Part shown: positions 10,323-19,900 of the stretch, piece by piece
Numbering within the stretch: position 1 is the stretch's first letter
How the letters are laid out: the number at the start of each line of letters is the position of its first letter
Assembly (NCBI GenBank): GCA_040217195.1
Contig: JAVJNR010000004.1
Location: 192,001 to 256,000 of the forward strand
Length of the DNA: 64,000 bases
Source of the DNA: Leptospiraceae bacterium
GTDB taxonomy: Bacteria > Spirochaetota > Leptospiria > Leptospirales > Leptonemataceae
Direction of reading: 5' to 3'
Program-made: the position numbers and the translations under genes
The notes under the pieces: model-generated
Databases searched by the model: none
The model's input: only the letters and a program-made list of their open reading frames with translations
What the model was told of the DNA's origin: nothing

Positions 10323-12392
10323 ATGAATCCCGCTACGTCCGCATCTCTGGACTCATTGCTTGTATTAATTTCCGCGGCTCTAGTTCTTTTTATGCAGGCT
10401 GGATTTCTCTGCGTGGAGTCCGGATTAACCAGAAGCAAAAACTCCATCAATGTCGCGATAAAAAACATCACTGACTTCGGTCTGGCTACTGTGGCTTTCT
10501 GGCTACTTGGATTCGGTCTAATGTTCGGTCCCAGTCTTCTGGGATGGATTGGCAGCGGTAATTTCGCCCCGGAATTTCTGGATGATACAGATGGAGCCAC
10601 TCCCGGTTTCTTCGTTTTCCAGCTGGCATTCTGCGGTACTGCCGCGACCATCGTTTCCGGCGCAGTTGCAGAAAGGCTGAAGTTCCAGGGCTATCTGATT
10701 GTCACTGCGCTGATATCCATCCTGATCTATCCGATACTGGGTCACTGGGCCTGGCATGGGCTTTTCGCCCAGGGTTCTGCAGGATGGCTGGAAGCCAAAG
10801 GATTCGTCGATTTTGCGGGATCCACCGTTGTTCATAGCGTTGGTGGATGGGTTGCTCTGGCTGCACTTCTGGTAATCGGACCGCGCACCGGCCGTTACTT
10901 GAACGGCAAGGTGCAACAAATCAACCCGAGCAATTTACCTATGGCAATGCTGGGAGGAATCATTCTGTGGTTTGGCTGGATAGGATTCAATGGAGGAAGC
11001 TCCATGGCCATGAACGCTTCCGTGGCACCCATTGTAATGAAGACCTTGCTGGCAGCCGGGGCCGGACTTCTGGTATCTCTTGCAACTGGCTGGTTCTTTC
11101 ACAGGTATCCAGAAGCCACGGCCCCTTTGAATGGCTCCCTGGCTGGACTGGTTTCCATCACCGCCAGTTGTCATTCAGTTACAGCATCGGAAGCGTTGCT
11201 TATCGGTGCCATTGGTGGCGCTCTAGTTCGTCCTTCTGAAATGGTTATGGAGCGACTGAAGATTGACGATGCAGTGGGAGCCATTCCGGTACATCTTGTG
11301 GCAGGCATCTGGGGCACTATTGCGGTGGCTCTCTTTGGCGATGCAGCGATCCTGGGAACCGGTCTTGATTTCCCAGACCAACTACTTGTTCAAATGCAGG
11401 GCATTTTTTCTATTGGCCTGAGTGCATTCCTGGTCACTTACCTGCTTCTATGGACGCTCAATCGAATTTTTCCGCTTCGAGTCAGTGCGGAAGAAGAAAG
11501 AGAAGGACTGAATATCTCTGAACATAAAGCGCGAACGGATCTGGTGGATCTATTTCTGGTTATGGATCATCAAAAGAAAACTGGTGATCTGAGTTTTGAC
11601 GTTCCCGTGGAACCATTCACGGAGGTGGGTCAGATCGCAGAGAGATACAACGAAGTGCTGGGACGGGTGCGCACCATCATGCAGGAAAACGAGGAAACCA
11701 GAAAGTCCATTGAGGATGCTTTTGAAACCATCGCCCTGGAACAGAATCGTGCAGAAAAACTATTGCTAAATATTCTGCCGGAGTCTGTGGCAGAAGAGCT
11801 GAAATCGCAAAAAAAGGTAATTGCTCAGAGCGCCAGGGAAGTTACCATCCTTTTCGCAGATATAGTGGGTTTTACGAATCTGGCAGAATCCAGGCAACCG
11901 CACCAGGTGATTGACATTTTGAACCGGGTGTTTTCTGTATTTGATCGACTTACAGATACTTACAGATTGGAGAAAATCAAGACCATTGGAGATGCCTACA
12001 TGGTAGTGGGCGGACTACCGAACTATATGCAGGAGCATGCTACGGCCGTGGCTGGTTTCGCCCTGGAGATTATGAAAGAAGTGAATAAGTTTCGGTTCAA
12101 GGATGGAAGCAGACTGCAGCTTCGAGTGGGAATTCATACCGGACCGGTGGTGGCCGGAGTGATTGGAGAGAAGAAGTTTATTTACGATGTCTGGGGCGAT
12201 GCAGTGAATGTGGCCAGCCGACTGGAGTCCCACAGCCTTCCTGGAAGGATTCATATTTCGGAACAAACGGCCAATCTTGTCAAGGATGAGTTTGATCTGG
12301 AAGCAAGAGGAACCGTTGAGCTCAAAGGAAAAGGCAACGTTCTAACTTATTTCCTTCAAGGTTTACGCCAGTCCGCTCCGGCAGCCGGATAA
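10323..12392 (+). CDS. amt: ammonium transporter (Amt) fused to class III adenylate cyclase
   Basis: Amt: FMQAGF, IVSGAVAER, DFAGSTVVH, WFGWIGFNGGS, DDAVGAIPVH. Cyclase: LLLNILP, LFADIVGFT, KIKTIGDAYM, YDVWGDAVNVASRLES. RBS GGAGG. Confidence 0.95.
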   Translation: MNPATSASLDSLLVLISAALVLFMQAGFLCVESGLTRSKNSINVAIKNITDFGLATVAFWLLGFGLMFGPSLLGWIGSGNFAPEFLDDTDGATPGFFVFQLAFCGTAATIVSGAVAERLKFQGYLIVTALISILIYPILGHWAWHGLFAQGSAGWLEAKGFVDFAGSTVVHSVGGWVALAALLVIGPRTGRYLNGKVQQINPSNLPMAMLGGIILWFGWIGFNGGSSMAMNASVAPIVMKTLLAAGAGLLVSLATGWFFHRYPEATAPLNGSLAGLVSITASCHSVTASEALLIGAIGGALVRPSEMVMERLKIDDAVGAIPVHLVAGIWGTIAVALFGDAAILGTGLDFPDQLLVQMQGIFSIGLSAFLVTYLLLWTLNRIFPLRVSAEEEREGLNISEHKARTDLVDLFLVMDHQKKTGDLSFDVPVEPFTEVGQIAERYNEVLGRVRTIMQENEETRKSIEDAFETIALEQNRAEKLLLNILPESVAEELKSQKKVIAQSAREVTILFADIVGFTNLAESRQPHQVIDILNRVFSVFDRLTDTYRLEKIKTIGDAYMVVGGLPNYMQEHATAVAGFALEIMKEVNKFRFKDGSRLQLRVGIHTGPVVAGVIGEKKFIYDVWGDAVNVASRLESHSLPGRIHISEQTANLVKDEFDLEARGTVELKGKGNVLTYFLQGLRQSAPAAG

Positions 12393-12394
12393 AC

Positions 12395-13018
12395 CTAAAT
12401 ATTCAGATGTTGGTGCAGAGCTTCCAGGATGGCTTCCGGGCTTATGCCCGAAGGAAGCGTTGCCACCAGACGGTCATCCTTATCGATCAAATAGAAGAAA
12501 AGTGAATGATTCACACCGTATTGCCCCATCCCGGGATTGGATGTGGCCGGAGCTTTTTCATATTTCGCTCCCAGGTCCGTGGCCAGGGTTTGAATCTGTT
12601 CTTCCGGTCCGCTGAGTGCGGAAAGTCGCAACGGTGCAAATTGTCTTTCGTAACGTGCCAGTTGTTCTGGACTGTCCCTCTCTGGATCCACACTGATGAA
12701 AATCGCCCGAACTTGATTTTGCAATTCGGGTTGCTGCTTCATAGCTCGACCAAGATTGGACAATGCCATGGGACACATATCCGGACAATGACTGTAGCCC
12801 AGATACAGAATCCTGGGCTCACCTTGAAATGATGACATGGGAACTTCCCGGCCCTTACTGTCGAACAGAGTGATTTGTGCCAGGCTCTTGAGCTCACGTG
12901 CCGGACGCTGCAGGTTCCTGTCCTTTGAAATCCATGATCGAGTGATCAGGAATCCAGCAGTGCCAAACAGTAGTACCAGAAGCAGGGTCATTCCATTCTT
13001 TTTATTTATCGCAGACAT
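12395..13018 (-). CDS. SCO1/SenC copper chaperone
   Basis: N-terminal TM, CxxxC (CPDMCP), ISVDPERD, conserved His in VNHS. Confidence 0.92.
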   Translation of the reverse strand: MSAINKKNGMTLLLVLLFGTAGFLITRSWISKDRNLQRPARELKSLAQITLFDSKGREVPMSSFQGEPRILYLGYSHCPDMCPMALSNLGRAMKQQPELQNQVRAIFISVDPERDSPEQLARYERQFAPLRLSALSGPEEQIQTLATDLGAKYEKAPATSNPGMGQYGVNHSLFFYLIDKDDRLVATLPSGISPEAILEALHQHLNI

Positions 13019-13077
13019 TTATTCCTCAGCCATAATTGTGCAACGGTATTACAGAAGCGCTGCACATTCTATTCGAT

Positions 13078-14298
13078 TCAAATCGCAACAATCCAGCCCA
13101 TGGCACCTCTTTCAGCCATATAGGATTGATGAGGGTGAAACATATATCGTCCTTTTCGGGGAAAACGCATTTCCAGTACGGCCCGTTCCGTCTGTCCCAG
13201 AGTAATCACATCTGTATGTGCATCCGGGGTAAGACGAGTGCCGGTGCGATACACATCAAACGTCTGAGCATGCAGATGAAAGGAAGCCACTGGATCGTAT
13301 TCTACCATATTTACAACGTAGAGACGGACCAGTTCCCCCACACGAACTTTGATGGGATATCGACTGTAATATCCTGCAATTCCATTCCAGCAGAACAAAT
13401 CGTTCCTTCCCCTGTTATTCAGATCGTATCCATGCAGCACCAGAACTACTTCTCTAGCGGGGGGTCTGCCCTGGGGAGGATCAACGATTAATGCTCCGAA
13501 CAGGCCTCGGGCAATATGAGGAGCGATGGGCGCTGTGTGGCAATGATAGGGATGCACTCCGGCCGGTCCGGCTTCAATGATGTATTCCGTAGACTTTCCA
13601 GGAGGGATTGGTTCCCATCCATCGAAGTTAACATCATGCGTACCATGAAAATGTAATGAGTGCGGCTCTGATGTTAAATTTCTGAAATTGATCTTAAGAG
13701 TTTCGCCTTCTGTCGCTCGAACCACAGGTCCTGGTACAGTTCCGTTAAATGTCCAGGCGGAAAAGATGGTTCCATGGGCTACGTTCAGTGGTCGTTCAAG
13801 GGTATCTACTGTAAACTCTCTTAGCCTGCCCGGGGCCTGAAGCGGAGGAAGTAAGCCGGTGCTTCTCGTGGACAGTGCCGTATACCTGGGGCCTCCACGC
13901 TTTGCATTTGAACCGTCGGACGGATTTCTAGTCTGCAATGTGCTCAGACTACCTCCGGTAGATTTTCGTTCAAATGCGGCCAGATACGACGCGCCCAGAG
14001 CGGCCGGCGGATGCACCATGCTACCATAAGAATTACCGATTACATCCAGTCCATTTCCTGGATTTGGCTGAGCGGGTCCCAGACTGGATTGATAGGTGGG
14101 CTGAAATGCAGTGCCTGGCTGAGCCGATGCTGGATCGTTGCCTGGCAAACAGGTGGGATCCCCATTGGCTGGAGGCTGAGATCCATAACCGGTGGGAAAG
14201 CTACGACCACTTCCTTTGAGCAGACCTACAAGGCCGCCCCCGGCCACAGCGCCGGCACCACCGAAGCCCAGCCACTTGAGAAAATCCTTACGTTTCAA
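13078..14298 (-). CDS. two-domain multicopper oxidase with Tat-like signal
   Basis: KRKDFLK signal; domain 1 HSLHFH and YHCH...H...L; domain 2 FHLH and FHPH. Confidence 0.88.
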   Translation of the reverse strand: MKRKDFLKWLGFGGAGAVAGGGLVGLLKGSGRSFPTGYGSQPPANGDPTCLPGNDPASAQPGTAFQPTYQSSLGPAQPNPGNGLDVIGNSYGSMVHPPAALGASYLAAFERKSTGGSLSTLQTRNPSDGSNAKRGGPRYTALSTRSTGLLPPLQAPGRLREFTVDTLERPLNVAHGTIFSAWTFNGTVPGPVVRATEGETLKINFRNLTSEPHSLHFHGTHDVNFDGWEPIPPGKSTEYIIEAGPAGVHPYHCHTAPIAPHIARGLFGALIVDPPQGRPPAREVVLVLHGYDLNNRGRNDLFCWNGIAGYYSRYPIKVRVGELVRLYVVNMVEYDPVASFHLHAQTFDVYRTGTRLTPDAHTDVITLGQTERAVLEMRFPRKGRYMFHPHQSYMAERGAMGWIVAI

Positions 14299-14606
14299 GT
14301 GCCCCAGATTGAGGAGATCAACACAAGAATTACCAGTAGAGCTGTTCCTCCAATAACCAGATAGTTTCTTACCCAGGCAGGAAGCTGGCTTTTTCCCAGA
14401 AGGTGATAGGCTCCTGCCCCCACCAGGGGAAGAGCCACGATAGCTCCCACCCAGATAGCCCCTGTTTTGCTCTCCACGTCCTGTCTACGGGATAAATCGT
14501 ACAGCGCCAGTGGAGCCCAAACTGCGAGCAGAATAAACGGTACATAGTAACCGTAGAAACTCAGTAGCAACTGGATAAATCCAGGATTGTCGAATGCCTT
14601 TTCCAT
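14295..14606 (-). CDS. small membrane protein, PLDc_N-like
   Basis: About 103 aa, 3 TM segments, W...LPLVGAGAYH pattern; ATG at 14606 after GGGGGAAAT (ORF track extends to 14642); stop overlaps the oxidase start. Confidence 0.75.
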   Translation of the reverse strand: MEKAFDNPGFIQLLLSFYGYYVPFILLAVWAPLALYDLSRRQDVESKTGAIWVGAIVALPLVGAGAYHLLGKSQLPAWVRNYLVIGGTALLVILVLISSIWGT

Positions 14607-14704
14607 ATTTCCCCCGATATTGGTATTATTTCTTTTTCTCAAACTTGTTTCGCTGCAGCCTCAAAAGAACCGAAGCCGGTATTCCATTATAATAAGCAGC
14701 ATCA

Positions 14705-16702
14705 TTACAGAACCAGGGCCACAGCAACCATTAGAACCAGAAGGAAGACTCCTCCTCCAGAGATAAGCATGGAGTTTCGAAGCCATCCGGGCAATGTGCT
14801 GCCACCCCTGAGATGATAGCCCAGGGAACCCAGGAAGGGCACCAGAATTATTGCAATTGTCCAGCCTCTGTTATTCTCCTTTCGCTGATGCATATCCAGA
14901 AAGGCCATAAAGGTCCAGGAAGCATATACAACGAACGGTAACAAATAGGCGAAAATATGATACAGAATTGCCAGGAAACCTCTGGGCACTACAGTCTGGA
15001 TGGATCCCACCAGGGGCGAATCGCCTTTGGATTCGCTCAGATACCTTTCTGCATCTGGATGAAAAGCTGCTTTTTCAATTAGATAACTATGGTCTTCAAA
15101 AGGAGTAAGGGCTGGCTTGATCTCTGCCTTCATTTCATCGGGCATCTCGGCCTGAAGGCCCGGCACAGGTTGCGTCTTATAGTCGCCGGACTCAAAGTTG
15201 CCCAGCTTTGCATCCATCATCATTGCCATGGCACCCATCATCATAGACAGATCGCCGCCCATCATGTATCGAATGGGAGAATCGCATCCGGAAAACTGCT
15301 CCAGACCAAAGGGTATAGTTGTGCTGTAAGAATTTCCAGAAAAACAATTACCCAGGCTGATGGGACCGGAAAGAGAAATGTCCGTGCGGCCGGAACCCAT
15401 GATTACATTGTCTTTCACCGTCGTTCCATGACTTAGCCAGAGGTTCTCCTGAAGATTGGGAAGCATAACGATACCGTTATTTGGATGATTTACGATAATG
15501 TTCTTCTCTATGTGATTTCGCAGTCCACCGGCCACAAGGATTCCGTTTCCAAAGGAAGGCCAGGTAAGAGCTACAAAAGGAGCTTCTATGTTATTGTTAT
15601 TTAGTACGATATTACCCCAGATAGTGGCTTCGCGCTGAGGAGGCAGAAGCTCGCTGTCCAGAGTGTTCGGAGCCAGGCCTACAATGTTGTTCTGCCAGAT
15701 GGAGTTAATCAGATAAAGCTCGCCGCCTGCATTGGTTCCGCTATAACCCAGAGCGCTGTATTCGGCCACAATGTCATGAATAATAGCTTTGCAGGGATAG
15801 CACTGACCTATATAGAACGATGAGTCCGGACTTCCAGATGCATAGGAATGCTTGATCACACCATTCTGAGAATCGAATGCATAGATGCCATAATCTCCGT
15901 TGTTATACGCTGTAAGATGAGAGCCTCGATAGCCCTTGACGCTGGTCCAGAAAAAACCATTAAGAACTGCATTTCGAGCTGTCATGTTTTCGATGGCAAC
16001 CCCATCGGCTCCAACAACCGTTACTGCATTTCCACGTACATGTTCTCCATCAACAATTACGCTGTTTCGATCTTCTCCGCGAAGAATTAATGAAGGTGTA
16101 GTGATCACCACTTCTTCTTTATACACTCCTGGAGCCACAAGTACCAGATCACCGGGATCCGCAGCATCTACCGCTGTTTGAATTGTGGGATACTCGGAGG
16201 GTACTTTTCGGGTAACTCCAGACCATTGTGACACCGGTTCTGTCTTCTTTTGAGTTTGAGGCTGATAGTCTACATCACCTACCACAATGGTACCTACCAT
16301 ACCCACTCTCTGGTCCGGTGTTGCATGAAACGTGCAGTAATAAGGAAAAACACCTTCTTCCGGATAGGTCACACTTGCCTTGTCCCCACCCATCATGTTC
16401 AGGCTACCAAAATCGTTCTCGGTACTCCAGGCATTGTCCACGGCCACAGCATTATGCGGATTTCGGCCAATGTTCTTAAATACGATTGTTCCTCCTTTAT
16501 GAATTCTCTGCAAAGGAGGCGAAAAGGAATTATCGATCATATCTACGTGCACGTAGCCCAGATTTGAGCTATCGCCACATAGAGCTGCCAGGGATCCAAA
16601 TAGCATGGCAGCCAGCGCAATAGAAGCTATTCGCAAATACCCACTTCGCCTATGCACGGCCGCTTTTGATCTTTGTTTTTCGTTTTCTATATCGTTTCGC
16701 AT
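14705..16702 (-). CDS. cupredoxin + right-handed beta-helix + C-terminal PLDc_N-like membrane anchor
   Basis: Signal ending LAALC; type 1 Cu ligands HN...YYCTFH...GMVG; beta-helix cap VPSEYPTIQTAVDAA and N/G-rich repeats; Met-rich stretch; 3 C-terminal TM segments. Confidence 0.85.
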   Translation of the reverse strand: MRNDIENEKQRSKAAVHRRSGYLRIASIALAAMLFGSLAALCGDSSNLGYVHVDMIDNSFSPPLQRIHKGGTIVFKNIGRNPHNAVAVDNAWSTENDFGSLNMMGGDKASVTYPEEGVFPYYCTFHATPDQRVGMVGTIVVGDVDYQPQTQKKTEPVSQWSGVTRKVPSEYPTIQTAVDAADPGDLVLVAPGVYKEEVVITTPSLILRGEDRNSVIVDGEHVRGNAVTVVGADGVAIENMTARNAVLNGFFWTSVKGYRGSHLTAYNNGDYGIYAFDSQNGVIKHSYASGSPDSSFYIGQCYPCKAIIHDIVAEYSALGYSGTNAGGELYLINSIWQNNIVGLAPNTLDSELLPPQREATIWGNIVLNNNNIEAPFVALTWPSFGNGILVAGGLRNHIEKNIIVNHPNNGIVMLPNLQENLWLSHGTTVKDNVIMGSGRTDISLSGPISLGNCFSGNSYSTTIPFGLEQFSGCDSPIRYMMGGDLSMMMGAMAMMMDAKLGNFESGDYKTQPVPGLQAEMPDEMKAEIKPALTPFEDHSYLIEKAAFHPDAERYLSESKGDSPLVGSIQTVVPRGFLAILYHIFAYLLPFVVYASWTFMAFLDMHQRKENNRGWTIAIILVPFLGSLGYHLRGGSTLPGWLRNSMLISGGGVFLLVLMVAVALVL

Positions 16703-16974
16703 AACACAGGTTACAGACCTTCACAGGGTTTCGAATGAAATCAACAAAAATTGAAGCGCTGAGGGGAAATTAGTTAAAAAAAGAAATGAAGCGGATGATC
16801 CGGTAGGCAGTAGAAAATCCATGCAGCGCACATTATCGGGGAGAATCTGAAATAAATGCTCCGAAGTTGGCCCCATTGGTGGCATCCGAAGCTTTCAGAT
16901 GAACTTCCTTTTTTTACCGGATGCAATCTGTTAATCTATAAGGAGAATACAGAAAGGGGATTATAGAAGGAAGA

Positions 16975-19900
16975 CTACAGAGATATGCACTGAGTAGCAA
17001 TCATGAGAAGGGCTCTTAGCCTGCTTTCCAGTTCCGACGGCTCCAATCTGCCGGCCTTAACATCGGGCAATACGTAGCCCAGAGATTGTAGCCCCCTCTC
17101 CAGCAAAAAGATATCCAGTAGTTCCTGAACCTGATGCCTTTCGGCGGGAAGCAGATCCCAGGATTCGGTGCGGGCCATATGCTCCAGGTATCCTGCAAGA
17201 AACATGGTAGTCGTAGCATTGTACCATATGGTCACCCAGCGCCTGGCCTGATTGTCTGCCAGACCAGGAAAGCTTCTTCCATTCAATACTTTCATGGATT
17301 CCTTTGCAAAAGACCAGGACATTCCTGCCACATCGCGCAGGGGGCTACCTTTGATTCGACGCTCCGAAAAGCTTCGGTGCACGGACCCTTCGTAGTCCAG
17401 AACAACAAATCCTCTTCCGGTATAAAGTATCTGGCCCAGGTGTAGATCACCGTGCAGTCGAATACGACCGGATTCCAGGTTTCGATCTTTGACATTCTGA
17501 AAAAGCTTATCCATGGGCTTTTGAAATTCCATCAATGCACCAATCAAGCTGATAGTAGTTGAGTCCAGATCGGGCATGGCTTTTCTTAGTTCAGAAATAC
17601 TGTAGTCCAGAGTATTGCGAAGCCCCTGATACAGAGCCCGTCGATAATGCGAAGTAAATGGCTCAACAGCAAAATCCTGATTTTCTTCCGTTCGATCCAC
17701 GGTGCGAAGCCGTGAATGCAATTCGGCTACGGTTTCTCCCATTTCCTGAGCAGAAACTAGAAAATTGCCGGTAGATTCCTGAAGGACTTCAGGCATATCC
17801 GATCGCTGTCCTTGAATCCATTCATCCACATCCACGTAGGGATGATTATAACTCAATGCCGGTACAATACGAAGAAAGCTCTCCAGGTTATCCCGGGTAA
17901 ACATCAATGCCGTTCCCTGGCTGGGTATGTACTCCCAGAAGCTTCCGGCACTCATTTCCATCCCATTGTCGCTGTAGGACAGAGCCCCATAGGCAGCAGC
18001 AATACCACCGCCGGACTGCCTGGTCAGCGCCATACCGGTTTCCAGTTCTGGATGGACTCCTTCTTCCATGCGGCGATAGAGTTTGAAGACTACCCTGTCA
18101 CCAAAGTTAAAAACAATATTATTGTACTTGCTGCTAAATGGGATGGGGGCCTGGGAAAGATCCAGACCTTTCAAAGCAGACTTCATTTCCTTGCTGAGCT
18201 CCGGAATTAGTCGAGTTCCATCGGATCGAATCTGCTTATTTCGCAGTGCAGCTTCCAGTAGTCTTTGTGCCGGCTCCCAGCGCCCCAGGCATTCGCGCAA
18301 CAGAAATCGCCGCTTACTACCATCGTCAACTGTTAGACGGGCCACTATGGGCACACGCTCGGCTATATCTTCCAGAGTGAGTCCGTACCAGAGCTCTTCT
18401 GGCTGATCTTCTTCTTCCAGCTGGAAGCAGGTCTGGTAATACTCCTGCTCACCGGAACTAAATACTACATCGATAATGGCCAGTCCCATCTCATCAGCCC
18501 AGGGATGTACCGAACGAACAATTCTGGCTGACTTGATATTACGCGTACGGTGAGGAAACCAATCTTGCTGTCTTAAGAAATCCGGAAGAATCGGTGACAA
18601 TAGATCCCTGGCCTGGGAGTCCAGCAAGGATGCCAGGGAAGGTAAGTTGTTCAGCTTGATCTCCGGCACTTCATCGGGACCGCGATAGTGCTGGGTTTCA
18701 TTTTCCAGGGAAAACCAGTAAAACGAGAATGGAGCAAATGAGAAAAAATACGGATTTTGAGTAACCCGGGGAAATGTATGTCTGGAAAACATTTCCACCG
18801 GAAGCTTGCCTGAATGATCGCTCAGATCCAGGGATGTGTATTGAACCTGTGCAGATAGATTGGCCAGAACCAGAATCGTCTGACCGTTCAGTTCTCGAAA
18901 AAAAGCCAGTATCTTGCGATTTTCGCATCTAACAAACTCCAGAGTGCCCTGACTGAATGCTGGAATTTGTTTTCGCAATGAAATAATTCGCTTCATCCAC
19001 CATAAGAGTGAATTGGGGCTATTTTGCTGGGCTTCCACATTCACAGATTCATAATGATAATCGGGGTCAATGTTTACAGGTAAGAACAATCTTTGTGGAT
19101 TTGTGCGAGAGAAGCCTGCATTCCGATCGGGGCTCCATTGCATAGGAGTGCGAACACTGTCCCGATCGCCCAGAAATATATTGTCACCCATGCCAATTTC
19201 ATCACCGTAATAGATAACAGGGGTTCCAGGCATGGAAAAAAGCAACGCATGCATCAATTCCACTTTACGTCTGTCATTTTCGAGCAAAGGAGCGAGTCTG
19301 CGTCGTATTCCAAGATTGATCCTGCTGCGCGGATCTCTTGCATACATTCGCACCATGTAATCCCGCTCCTCATCGGTAACCATTTCCAGAGTCAGCTCAT
19401 CATGATTTCTGAGAAAAACGGCCCACTGGCATCCGTCCGGCAGTTCAGGAGTTTGATCAACAATGTCAATGATAGGAAAGCTATCCTCCATGCGCACAGA
19501 CATGAACATTCTGGGCATTAATGGAAAATGAAAGGCCATGTTACATTCATCGCCTTCACCAAAGAATGTAACGCTGTCCTCAGGCCATTGGTTCGCTTCC
19601 GCCAGGAGCATTCGACCGCGATACTTTCCGTCAATATGCGACCTCAGTTTTTTTAGAAAAGCATGGGTTTCGGGCAAATTTTCGCAGGAAGTTCCTTCTT
19701 TTTCATAGAGATATGGAATAGCATCCAGTCGCATTCCATCCACACCCATATCCAGCCAGAAATCCAGTACATCGAAGACTTCCTGTTGCACTTTTGGATT
19801 CTCAAAGTTCAAGTCAGGCTGATGCGAATAGAATCGATGCCAGTAGTACTGACCGGCCAACTCATCCCAGGTCCAGTTTGAGTTTTCAAAATCCTGGAAA

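Noticed and set aside
13078..14298. Copper nitrite reductase nirK
   Set aside because: Lacks the HNIDFH Asp and has eight HxH His typical of two-domain oxidases.
14705..16702. nosD of a nitrous oxide reductase cluster
   Set aside because: No nosZ, nosF, nosY or nosL nearby, and the domain architecture differs.
16731..16744. FNR-like box upstream of the Cu operon
   Set aside because: TCGAA-N4-ATCAA has two mismatches in AT-rich DNA and no anchored promoter.
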